Below are positions 8,843 through 17,480 of a DNA stretch of 64,000 bases, in pieces. The position numbers were made by a program, and so were the translations under genes. Location of the stretch: assembly GCA_044344255.1 (NCBI GenBank), contig JBIJDH010000006.1, forward strand, positions 160,001 through 224,000, read 5' to 3'. The DNA is from Myxococcota bacterium. Lineage in GTDB: Bacteria; Myxococcota_A; UBA796; UBA2385. Each line of letters starts with the position of its first letter. The first letter of the stretch is position 1. The notes under the pieces are model-generated. The model worked only from the letters and a program-made list of their open reading frames with translations, was not told where the DNA came from and made no database searches.

Positions 8843-9904
8843 ATGACCACTCTTCGTCCATCCCTGGCCAATCTGGGCCCTCGCAGCCTCGGGCACAGCG
8901 GCCTCCAGGTCTCGCCCTTGTGCCTCGGCGCGATGACCTTCGGGGAGGCGGACGCCTCCTCGTTCATGCACGGGGCGAGCTGCACGGACACCGTGGCTCA
9001 CGCGATGCTCAGCCGAGCGCTCGACGCAGGCATCAATTTTGTCGACACCGCCGATGTCTACGGCCAGGACGGCCTATCGGAGCGGGTGATCGGCGAGTGG
9101 TTCGCGGCTACGGGGCGCCGCGACGAGGTGGTGCTGGCCACCAAGTTCCGCTTCCGGATGGGGCCGGGCCCCCTCGGCACGGGGGCCTCCCGGCGGCGGG
9201 TGATGGCCGCCTGCGAGGCCAGCCTCCGCCGCCTGCGCACCGATCGGATCGACCTCTACCAGATGCACATGCAAGACATCGACACCCCGATCGAGGAGAC
9301 GCTGCGGGCCCTCGATGACCTCGTGCGTCAGGGCAAGGTGCTGTACACAGGGGTGAGCAACATCGCGGCCTGGCGCCTCGCGGACGCGATGTGGACCTCC
9401 AAGGTGGGCGGTCTCGAGCGCTTCATCTCCCTTCAGGTCGAGTACAGCCTGATGGAGCGGGCGATCGAGCGGGAGCACGTCCCCCTCTCCCGCCAGTTCG
9501 GCCTCGGCATCATCCCCTGGTCGCCCTTGGCCGGCGGCTTCCTCTCGGGCAAGTACCGTAAGGGCCAGCCCCCCGCGGACGGGTCCCGCCTCAGCACAGA
9601 CCGATGGAAGCAGCGGATGGCGGCGGTGGACAGCCCGCGCGGCTGGCGGGTGCTGGCGGCGGTAGACGCGGTCGCCGCGGAGGTCGGTGCCACGCCCGCC
9701 CAAGTCTCGCTCGCCTGGCTCCTCCACAAGCCTCAAGTGAGCTCCGTCCTCTTCGGAGCCCGCACACTCGAGCAGCTCGACGACAACCTCCGCGCCGCGT
9801 CGCTGGCGCTCAGCCCCGAGCAGGTCGCGGCCCTCGACAAGGGCGCCGAGTTTGACCCCGGCTACCCCTACTCGATGATCGCCCGTATCCAGCAGCGCTG
9901 GTAG
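8843..9904 (+). CDS. Aldo/keto reductase
   Basis: LGHSGLQVSPLCLGAMTFG, NFVDTADVYG, LATKF, SLRRLRTDRIDLYQMH, GVSN, PWSPLAGGFLSGKY. Confidence 0.95.
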   Translation: MTTLRPSLANLGPRSLGHSGLQVSPLCLGAMTFGEADASSFMHGASCTDTVAHAMLSRALDAGINFVDTADVYGQDGLSERVIGEWFAATGRRDEVVLATKFRFRMGPGPLGTGASRRRVMAACEASLRRLRTDRIDLYQMHMQDIDTPIEETLRALDDLVRQGKVLYTGVSNIAAWRLADAMWTSKVGGLERFISLQVEYSLMERAIEREHVPLSRQFGLGIIPWSPLAGGFLSGKYRKGQPPADGSRLSTDRWKQRMAAVDSPRGWRVLAAVDAVAAEVGATPAQVSLAWLLHKPQVSSVLFGARTLEQLDDNLRAASLALSPEQVAALDKGAEFDPGYPYSMIARIQQRW

Positions 9905-9914
9905 GGCCGGCCGC

Positions 9915-10898
9915 GTGGCGCCGCGCCGGGGCCCCGCCTTGGCCCTGGGCCTGGGCTTCGCCCTCCTGCCCCTGATCGGGCTCGAGGTCTGGCTGCGTGA
10001 GGAGCAGGCTGTGGTCGAGCTCCTCGACGATGGTCGCCTCTATCGCTCTCGCCCCGGTCGTTTCGGCACCACCGCCGAGGGCCTGCGGCCGCCCGCGCTC
10101 GCCCCTGCCCCGGGGGCTCGTCGTGTGGTGGTCCTGGGCGACTCCACCACCTGGGGGCTCGGTGAGGCGGAGGCGGCCTGGCCGGCGGTGCTGGAGCGGC
10201 GCCTCGGCGCGGGCTGGAGGGTGTACAACCTCTCGACCTACGGCTACGATCTCGACCAGCTGGTGGCCCTCTTCGAGGCCCTCGGCCGCGAAATCCGGCC
10301 CGAGCTCGTCCTGTATGCGGCTTACACGAACGATGTCTACCCCACGCGGATGATCCGCCTCGGGCGGTATGAAGGGCCCGTGTGGCTCGAACGGAGCTCG
10401 GGCATCCTGCCGCGGCCGCTCTGGCGGGGCAGCGCCACGCTGCGCCTCGCCGAAGGGCTCCTCCTGGCGCCAAGTGTGCGCGAGGAGCCTGAGCTCGACG
10501 CCTTCGCCGCCGCGCTCCGTCGCTTGAAGGCCGCGGTGGCGCAGTCGGGCGCCGCGCTCGGCCTCGTGGGCCTCGTCCCGCACGTGCTGGCCAGCGCGGA
10601 CCTCGCCGCCTGTGACCGCGCGGCCGACCGCCCGGGCCGCTGCGCGCTGGAGCTTCAGCTGCACGCCGAGGAGCTGAAGCTCGCCGCGGCGGCGGGCCTC
10701 CCCGCCCTCGACACGCTGCCTGCGCTCCGGGCCTCCGGTGCGGCCGCCTTCTTTGGGGTGGCGGGCGACTGGATCCACGCCGATGAAGCCGGCCACGCGC
10801 TCATCGCAGGGGCGGTCGAGGCTTGGCTCCGCGCCGATGAGGGCCCGCTCGGCGCGTCCGCGGCGCCCGGCCCCCTCGACCAACCGCCGCGCCGATGA
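9915..10898 (+). CDS. SGNH/GDSL hydrolase family protein
   Basis: N-terminal TM, block I VVLGDSTTWG, block III YTNDV, block V DWIHADEAGH. Confidence 0.82.
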   Translation: MAPRRGPALALGLGFALLPLIGLEVWLREEQAVVELLDDGRLYRSRPGRFGTTAEGLRPPALAPAPGARRVVVLGDSTTWGLGEAEAAWPAVLERRLGAGWRVYNLSTYGYDLDQLVALFEALGREIRPELVLYAAYTNDVYPTRMIRLGRYEGPVWLERSSGILPRPLWRGSATLRLAEGLLLAPSVREEPELDAFAAALRRLKAAVAQSGAALGLVGLVPHVLASADLAACDRAADRPGRCALELQLHAEELKLAAAAGLPALDTLPALRASGAAAFFGVAGDWIHADEAGHALIAGAVEAWLRADEGPLGASAAPGPLDQPPRR

Positions 10899-10916
10899 GG
10901 CTACGGGCCAGCCGCC

Positions 10917-11660
10917 TCAGCGGATGAAACGCTTGGACTCCTCCACGCCCTTGTTCGCGAGGCGGTCGGCCCGCTCGTTCCCCTCGATGCCGACGTGCCC
11001 TGCCACCCAGTGCAGGCGCGTCTTCCGAGCCTTGAGGCGCGCCTTGAGGCTGCTCACGAGGTCGAGGTTGGCCTTCGCCTTCCAGCCGAGGGTGAGCACG
11101 CCGTAGGCGTATTGGCTGTCCGTGAGGATCTCGGCGGTCGCTTCGATGGGGAAGCGGTTGGTGTCGAGCAGATCGAGCGCGAGGCCGATGGCGGACAGCT
11201 CCCCCTTGTTGTTGGTGCCCTTTCCGAGCGCGGCGAACTTCTCATGCTCCGCGCCACCCGGCAGCTTCACGAGCGCGCCGGCGCCGCAGGGCCCGGGGTT
11301 GCCCTGGCAGGCCCCGTCGGTGAAGCAGACCGCCACGTCCGCCTCGAAGCCCTCCACGAGGGCGTGACCGGCGACTCGGGCCCGCTCTGCTTGATCTTCG
11401 GTGCGCTCTCCTGCCTTGCCGAAGCCGGTCGCGGGCTTGCCGGGGCGCCCCGGACCCGCGTCGGCCGAAACGCCGGCCGGGAGCTCCTCGGGCGGCGCCT
11501 TGCCGGGCTCCACGTTGCTCGGGTTGGCGCGGTAGATCTTGGCGCCCTCATCGGCGGAGTAGCGCACCGGCACCCGCCCGCTCTCGTCCTTTACCTTGCC
11601 TTCGGCGCCGACCTCGATCCAGACGTCTTTTCCCTTGCACAAGCCCTTGATCCAGGCCAT
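10917..11660 (-). CDS. rnhA: Ribonuclease HI with N-terminal extension
   Basis: FTDGACQGNPG, TNNKGEL, TDSQY, WVAGHVGIEGNERADRLA. The ATG overlaps the upstream stop (TGATG). Confidence 0.92.
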   Translation of the reverse strand: MAWIKGLCKGKDVWIEVGAEGKVKDESGRVPVRYSADEGAKIYRANPSNVEPGKAPPEELPAGVSADAGPGRPGKPATGFGKAGERTEDQAERARVAGHALVEGFEADVAVCFTDGACQGNPGPCGAGALVKLPGGAEHEKFAALGKGTNNKGELSAIGLALDLLDTNRFPIEATAEILTDSQYAYGVLTLGWKAKANLDLVSSLKARLKARKTRLHWVAGHVGIEGNERADRLANKGVEESKRFIR

Positions 11661-13912
11661 CAATGCTCTCCCAAGTCCATGCGGAAGCTCTGCCCGGTGG
11701 ACCGTTCGAATTCATACAGTGAGTGATTGAAGCAGCCGGCCGTGCAGCCCTCTGCGTGGAGCCGCCTTCGGTAACGCTGGACCCCCTCGCTCCACCATAG
11801 CTCCCGGAGCGGCTTTTCGAAGACGTTGCCGACCACGAGCCCCTCGGCCCCCCAGACGCAGCAGGGGATGAGCTCGCCCGTGTACTTGACGCCATACTGG
11901 TCGATGAAGCCGAGGCAGCGGACGGCGCCGAGGGATCCCGCGTGGTGGTCGAGGCCTTGGAGGAGGTACGCGGCCCGCGCGGCCACCGCGGGGTCCTGGG
12001 CCGCCATGCGCGCGACCACCGCCCGCCAGGCGGCCTGATCGGCCGGACTCTGGAAGGCCAGCGCGGGGGCGTCGTTCACCGGCCAAAAGTCGAAGCTCGC
12101 CCCTCGCTCGGTCGCGAGGGCGTAGACCGCCTCCAGCTCCCCGACGTTCTCGCGGTTGGCGGTGAAGTAGACGCTGGTCGCCACGCCGCCGCGCTCCCGC
12201 ACGCGGTCGAGGCCGGCCAGGGTGCGCTTCCAGGCTCCCTTCTGGCCGCGCAGGCGGTCATGGGTCTCCGCGAGCCCGTCGAGGGAGAACGACAGGGAGT
12301 CGACGCCAGAGTGGATGAGCTCCTCCCAGCGGGCCTGGATCCGGGTGCCGTTCGTCGTGATGTTCACGGCCAGGCCGCGGGCCTTGGCGGCGGCTACCAC
12401 GCGGAAGAGGTCCTTGTGCAAGAAGGGCTCACCGCCGGTGAGGACGAGCACCTTCGTGCCGATGGCCACCGCCTCGTCGAGGAGGGGGAGGGCGGCCTCG
12501 AGGGAGAGCTGCGCCGGATCGTCCCAGAGGTCACAGAAGGAGCAGCGAAGGTTGCAGCCGCGGTTGAGCAGCAACAACATCGTCAGCGGCTTGCTCGCCT
12601 GCCGCGCGGGGAGGTGGGCGTCGATCAGAGGGGGGCGGGGCGCCGGCTCGCGGTGGGCGAGGCGGTGGTTCCAGTCCGCTCCGGCGCCCTCTCCGGCGTA
12701 CAGCGAGCAGTAGGCGCGCGCGATCTCCGACCAGTCGTAGCGGGCGGCGAAGCGGGCCGCGGCGGCGCCGAGGCGCTGCGCCCGGGGGCGATCGTGGAGC
12801 AGCGCCCGGGCGGCCTCGGCGAAGGCGTCGGCGCCGTCGGCGATGCAGAGGTGCTGCCCATCGGTGTAAGCGATGCCCTCCGCCCCCTTGGTCGTGCTGA
12901 CGATCGGGCGGCCGGCCGCCATGTACTCGAGCAGCTTCATCCGAGTGCCGCCGCCGGCCGTGATCGGGCAGAGGCAGAGGTCAGCGGCGACGACATGCGC
13001 GGCGAGATCGGGCACCGGTCCGGCGAAGATCACGGCGGCATGCGTGTAGTAGAGGGGAGGGTTCATCCCGCAGATGAGCACCCGGAGCTTCGGCATCTCG
13101 GGCAGGAGCCGAGGGAGGAGCTCGAGCACGATCCAGCGGACGGCCTCGGTGTTTGGCCAGTAGTGCAGCGTGCCGTGAAAGAAGAGGAGGGGCGCTGCGG
13201 GATCGATGCCGTATCGTGCGCGGATCCCGGCGCCGTTGGCCGTTTGGAACACGCCCACTTCCACCCCGTGGGGGATCACGGTCACCCTCGAGGCGTCGAG
13301 CCCCGCGCTCACCATCCGCTGCCGATCGAGGTCGCTGACCGCGATGACGTGCTGGACCAACGAGAGGGCGGAGAGCTCCACGCTCCGGACCCGGTCGGTG
13401 GTGTGGCCGAATTCCGTCAGGCGGTCCCACTCGACGTTGTGCTGGACGACGCTGGTGATCGGCGACCGCCCCCCACGAGCCCGACGGAGCCCGCCGAGCA
13501 GGCCGGCCGCGACCGCCGCGGGCATGGTATAACCGGGGAACTCGGCTTGAAAGACGTCGATTCCCTCTCTCCGGCCCACCTCGAGGGCGCGGGCCCACCA
13601 GGTCGGATCGAAGAGGGGCCGGTAGAGGAAGCTCTCGTCTGGCGGGTAGCCGACGGCGCGGCAGAGGCGCTCGGACAGGCGGCTGAGGTGGGGCAGCGGC
13701 GGCCACTCCTCGGCGGCCCGAAAGCGGAGGCTGTAGGGCACCTCCTGCACCTTGCCGTCGTCCCAGCGGAGGTAGTGGTCGCGATCGTCGGTGACGACGA
13801 AGCTCGGCGCTCCGGTGACCCGCGAGAGGTGCTCGGCTGTGCGCACGATCTTGACCGCTGCACCGTGATTGGGCGGGAACAGATCGCCGCGCGTGACGAG
13901 GCAGATTCGCAG
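11660..13912 (-). CDS. GT4 (GT-B) glycosyltransferase fused to a radical SAM/SPASM-twitch domain
   Basis: N half: RICLVTRGDLFPPNHG, HNVE, IPHGV, GGGTRMKLLEYMAAGRPIVST. C half: NRGCNLRCSFC, TGGEPF, TTNG, SLDG, C...GELIPCC...GNV...LW...CTAGC. The ORF is open to 14017; the likely start is CTG at 13912. Confidence 0.9.
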   Translation of the reverse strand: MRICLVTRGDLFPPNHGAAVKIVRTAEHLSRVTGAPSFVVTDDRDHYLRWDDGKVQEVPYSLRFRAAEEWPPLPHLSRLSERLCRAVGYPPDESFLYRPLFDPTWWARALEVGRREGIDVFQAEFPGYTMPAAVAAGLLGGLRRARGGRSPITSVVQHNVEWDRLTEFGHTTDRVRSVELSALSLVQHVIAVSDLDRQRMVSAGLDASRVTVIPHGVEVGVFQTANGAGIRARYGIDPAAPLLFFHGTLHYWPNTEAVRWIVLELLPRLLPEMPKLRVLICGMNPPLYYTHAAVIFAGPVPDLAAHVVAADLCLCPITAGGGTRMKLLEYMAAGRPIVSTTKGAEGIAYTDGQHLCIADGADAFAEAARALLHDRPRAQRLGAAAARFAARYDWSEIARAYCSLYAGEGAGADWNHRLAHREPAPRPPLIDAHLPARQASKPLTMLLLLNRGCNLRCSFCDLWDDPAQLSLEAALPLLDEAVAIGTKVLVLTGGEPFLHKDLFRVVAAAKARGLAVNITTNGTRIQARWEELIHSGVDSLSFSLDGLAETHDRLRGQKGAWKRTLAGLDRVRERGGVATSVYFTANRENVGELEAVYALATERGASFDFWPVNDAPALAFQSPADQAAWRAVVARMAAQDPAVAARAAYLLQGLDHHAGSLGAVRCLGFIDQYGVKYTGELIPCCVWGAEGLVVGNVFEKPLRELWWSEGVQRYRRRLHAEGCTAGCFNHSLYEFERSTGQSFRMDLGEH

Positions 13913-14202
13913 GGAGGGCTCCTCTTGGCGGGAGGGGGAGTATCCCGATGCGCTCGCCGTGGTCGGGGTGTCCGCGTGTGGCGCGCGCCCCCAGCTCGCT
14001 TCCTCCCAACAATGCACGGCGTCGGGGACCGCCGTCCAGCCGAGCGGGAACGCGCTATCCGGAAGGGGCGTGCCCCCGGTCGCTCGCGCGCGGTAGGATG
14101 ATCCGGGTGGGGTGCCCGCCCCGCTCGACGGGCCACCGCTCGCCCCCTCCCTGCTCCCGACGCCCGCCTCTCCCCACCTCGGTCCTTTTGGGTTGGCTCC
14201 TG

Positions 14203-15138
14203 ATGGTTGTCCCGGCGCGAACGAACGGCTCCGTGATCGTCTCCTGGTTGGGAGCGCAGCCGCCGGCCTCGATTGTCGCCGCCCTCACCCGAGTCGCCCA
14301 GGTCGGCATCGGGTGGCGGCAGGACGCAGATCTGGTGGTGATCTGGGCAGCCTCTGGCCTCGAGCTCTTGTCCGTCGTGCCGAGCTCTGGCCCACGTCCT
14401 GCGGTGCTGATCGCCTTCGAGCGAGAGCCCTCCGCCGACGAGCGTCGGTCTTGGGCGCGGGCCGCGGTGGGTGAGATCGTGCTGGCCGATCGTCTCGCCG
14501 AGCTTATTGTCGAGCGTTGGGGGGGCACCCCAGCGGGAGCCGCGCCGGCTTCCCCCTCAAACAAGGTCCAGATGTCCGCCGCCGCCTCCGGACTCTCTTC
14601 GGCCTCGCTGGCCACGCCCCGAGACGCTTTCCCTCCGCTGCGGATGCCCTTTCCGAGCGGAGGGCCTCCCCCCGGAGTCGCGTCCTACGTGGAGTCCCTC
14701 CAGCGTTACATCCAGCTCCGAGACGCCTTCAGCGCCGAACACGGGGCCCAGGGGCTCGGACAGCTCATGGAGCTCTTCCACCTCCGAGAACAAGTGCCCC
14801 CCACCTCGGCGCGTCGCTTGGTGGCCTTCGGTCAGACCTTCGGCAGCGTCGAGCAGCAGCTCGGTTGGCCGCTGCTCCTCCGCCGTGGACCCTCCCGAAA
14901 GCGACAGGGCAACGACGTGCTGCGGGGATCGGTCTTCGGCGTAGGGACAGACGGCCTGATCGTCGATCTGGACTTCCAGGCTGCGCCTCGGCAGAAGCTC
15001 GTCGGAGACCTGCCGGTCGATCTGACCCAGAACGCGCAGCTGCTCTTCGAGGCGCGCTGGCAGCGCCGGGTGGCGGCCTCGCGCTGGCACCTCGGGCTGC
15101 TGATCCTGGAGATGCGCCTCCGACCGCTGGACCCTTGA
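14203..15138 (+). CDS. Hypothetical protein, possible degenerate receiver-like N-terminus and PilZ-like C-terminus
   Basis: Long ORF filling the gap. The C-terminal GVGTDGLIV...FEARWQR...WHLGL resembles a PilZ beta-barrel. Start uncertain. Confidence 0.5.
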   Translation: MVVPARTNGSVIVSWLGAQPPASIVAALTRVAQVGIGWRQDADLVVIWAASGLELLSVVPSSGPRPAVLIAFEREPSADERRSWARAAVGEIVLADRLAELIVERWGGTPAGAAPASPSNKVQMSAAASGLSSASLATPRDAFPPLRMPFPSGGPPPGVASYVESLQRYIQLRDAFSAEHGAQGLGQLMELFHLREQVPPTSARRLVAFGQTFGSVEQQLGWPLLLRRGPSRKRQGNDVLRGSVFGVGTDGLIVDLDFQAAPRQKLVGDLPVDLTQNAQLLFEARWQRRVAASRWHLGLLILEMRLRPLDP

Positions 15139-15643
15139 CCTCGCGAGCCCTCCCGGCGGGGGCCTCGATCGGCCGTCGTCCGCTTGACAGCACCCTTACA
15201 CCCGTTCGCTTGCGCACCAGGGAGCGGAGAGGAGAGGATGAAGTGTCAGCCGGTTGGCGCCCCACAGGATCTGCATGCCCCCTCAGTCGATGCACCATTC
15301 GCACAACCCGCTCCGCATCTGTGGTGCGGGTGGTCGGTGCGCGTCGGGGGGTGGAGTCATCCGCTCGTGTTATCGCGGGGCGTGCCTTGAAAGCCGAGGG
15401 CCATCTCGTTACGGGCCCGACATGCTGAACGTCATGCCCGTCATCACGCTCGGTTCGAGGGGGCCGAGGGGTGCTCGCACCGCCGGCTCGTCGTTCCGTG
15501 ATGGGGTGAGCTCCCCGCCTTTGGGGTGCAGGGTTGACGATCTGGGCCGATTGTTCGGTTTCGTGTTGGCGAACCGCCACGCGGTGTCTCTTGTCTGAGC
15601 GCGGCTGGTCGAGGACGCATCTGAGGACCACGGAGGGTTGTCT

Positions 15644-16309
15644 ATGACGGAAGTCGCGAGGTTCTTCCAGGCCGGAGGATCACTGATGTATGTGAACCTC
15701 CTCGTGGCTGTCATTGGGTTGACGGTCGTCGCGGAGCGGTTCTACGTGCTCAAGTTCCGGCTCAACTTGGATGTTCGAAGCTTTCTCGAGGCGATCGAGA
15801 AATTTGTGATGGCGGGAAACTACGACCGCGCCGTGAAGCTCTGTGGTACCCGAGCCGAAGCTGCGCTGCCCAAGGTTGTGCGTGCGGGCCTTTCGAACGC
15901 TCGTAAGGGCGGCTCGGCCGTCACTGCGGCCCTTGAGGAGGCCATGGCCGAGGTGAGCCCCCGGGTCACCAAGCGCGCCGGGCTCCTCTTCGGTATCGCC
16001 AACATCGCGACGCTCATCGGCCTCATCGGGACGATCTTCGGTCTGATCGACGTGTTCGCCGCGCAGGCCATGGCCGCGCCCGACCAGAAGTCGGCGATGC
16101 TCACGGCCGGTATCGCGCACGCGATGAACAACACCGCCTTCGGTCTGGGCATCGCCGTGACCTGCATCATCTTCCACTTGATCCTCAGCGCCTCGGCGCG
16201 TACGATCATGGAAGGTCTGGAGTACGGCGCGCTCCGGTTGGAGAACATCATCGCGAAGCGGCGCCTCATGGAGGCTTCCGGGCAGGCCACGACCTCCGAC
16301 GAGGGCTGA
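15644..16309 (+). CDS. aglR: MotA/TolQ/ExbB proton-channel subunit, AglR-like gliding motor
   Basis: GG..MYVNL, ERF, ANIATLIGLIGTIFGLI, GIAHAMNNTAFGLGIAV, LENII. GGAGG lies 7 nt before ATG 15644. Followed by two TolR/ExbD genes. Confidence 0.85.
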   Translation: MTEVARFFQAGGSLMYVNLLVAVIGLTVVAERFYVLKFRLNLDVRSFLEAIEKFVMAGNYDRAVKLCGTRAEAALPKVVRAGLSNARKGGSAVTAALEEAMAEVSPRVTKRAGLLFGIANIATLIGLIGTIFGLIDVFAAQAMAAPDQKSAMLTAGIAHAMNNTAFGLGIAVTCIIFHLILSASARTIMEGLEYGALRLENIIAKRRLMEASGQATTSDEG

Positions 16310-16322
16310 TTAGGAGGTCTCC

Positions 16323-16829
16323 ATGGGCTCGCGCTTCTCGTCCCATAATGCCGAGATCGGAATGGAAGGTACGGAAGGCGAGCTCAACCTCGTCCCCTAC
16401 CTTGACATCATGATCAATCTGGTGATGTTCCTCCTCTTCAGCTTTCAGATCGTTCATGAGCTGAACATGATCGATGTGAACGCGCCCTCCTATGGGGGAG
16501 GGCCGTCCAAGGGCGCGCAGGATGAACAAAAGAAGGTGGTGACGAAGCTGCTCGTGGCCAAGACTGGCTACAAGGTGCTCTTCTCAGACCCCTCCCTCCC
16601 CTCGATCGACGTCCCCAAGCTCGACGGCAAGACTTACGACACCAAGGGCCTGAGCGAGCAACTCGTTCGGGTCAAGTCGGAGTTCGGCCTCAGCTCGGAG
16701 ATGGTGGTCACCGCGGAGGCCGACATCTCCTACGCCAACATCGTGGACGCGCTCGACGCGGCCCGTGAGAAGGATGGCAAGGAGCTGTTCCCCGATGTCG
16801 TGCTGGCCGTCGCCGCTGGCGTGAAGTGA
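16323..16829 (+). CDS. aglQ: ExbD/TolR family protein, AglQ-like
   Basis: ELNLVPYLDIMINLVMFLL (conserved TM Asp), AEADISYANIVDALDAAR, LFPDV. RBS AGGAGG. Confidence 0.8.
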   Translation: MGSRFSSHNAEIGMEGTEGELNLVPYLDIMINLVMFLLFSFQIVHELNMIDVNAPSYGGGPSKGAQDEQKKVVTKLLVAKTGYKVLFSDPSLPSIDVPKLDGKTYDTKGLSEQLVRVKSEFGLSSEMVVTAEADISYANIVDALDAAREKDGKELFPDVVLAVAAGVK

Positions 16830-16839
16830 AGGAGCGACG

Positions 16840-17421
16840 ATGAGCAGCGCCGAGGTGCCCGCGCCCACTGTGCACGAGAGCGTGTCGGAGGAGATCTACT
16901 CCTCCTTCTCTCGACACGGGAAGAAGCGGCGAAAGAAGAAGGCCATCCACCTCCCCGGAGAGGAGATCACGGAGCTGAACCTGACGGCCATGATGGACAT
17001 CATGACCATCTTGATCATCTTCTTGCTCAAGAACTTCGCGAACGAGCCACAGAAGCTCAACATGGACGATCACCTTCGTCCGCCGGAGTCCTCCGCCAAG
17101 ACCCCGATGGTACCGGCGGTGACGATCACGATCACCACCGAGTCCATCCTGGTGGACGACAAGGTGGTGGTGCTGACGCCAGACGTGAAGCTGGGCAGCG
17201 CCAAGCAGATGCTGATCCAGCCCTTGAGCGACTCGCTCAACGCGAAGACTGAGAACCTGAAGGCCCTCGCTCAGCGCACGGGGCAGCCCTTCACGGGCAA
17301 CCTCCTGATCATCGCGCATCGGGAGATCCCCTACAGCCTCCTGTCGGCGGTCCTCTATACGGCTGGGCAGGCCGACTACAGCAAGTACAAGCTCGTCACG
17401 ATGGGGAAGGCCAAGCAGTAG
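16840..17421 (+). CDS. aglS: ExbD/TolR family protein, AglS-like
   Basis: ELNLTAMMDIMTILIIFLLK, PPESSAK, IIAHREIPYSLL..VLYTAGQA. Confidence 0.8.
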   Translation: MSSAEVPAPTVHESVSEEIYSSFSRHGKKRRKKKAIHLPGEEITELNLTAMMDIMTILIIFLLKNFANEPQKLNMDDHLRPPESSAKTPMVPAVTITITTESILVDDKVVVLTPDVKLGSAKQMLIQPLSDSLNAKTENLKALAQRTGQPFTGNLLIIAHREIPYSLLSAVLYTAGQADYSKYKLVTMGKAKQ

Positions 17422-17480
17422 GCGCTCGGTGGCCTCCCGGGCGACCGCCGCGATAAGCGGTCGCTCCGAACGGAGGGTTC

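Noticed and set aside
8636..11660. Structured RNA plus RNase H as a retron-like system
   Set aside because: No reverse transcriptase in the window, and the two elements are not adjacent.
15184..15390. TTGACA at 15184 and a 50-aa uORF (ATG 15238, purine-rich SD) upstream of aglR
   Set aside because: No -10 element at proper spacing, and the peptide lacks coding-like composition. Not supportable without expression data.
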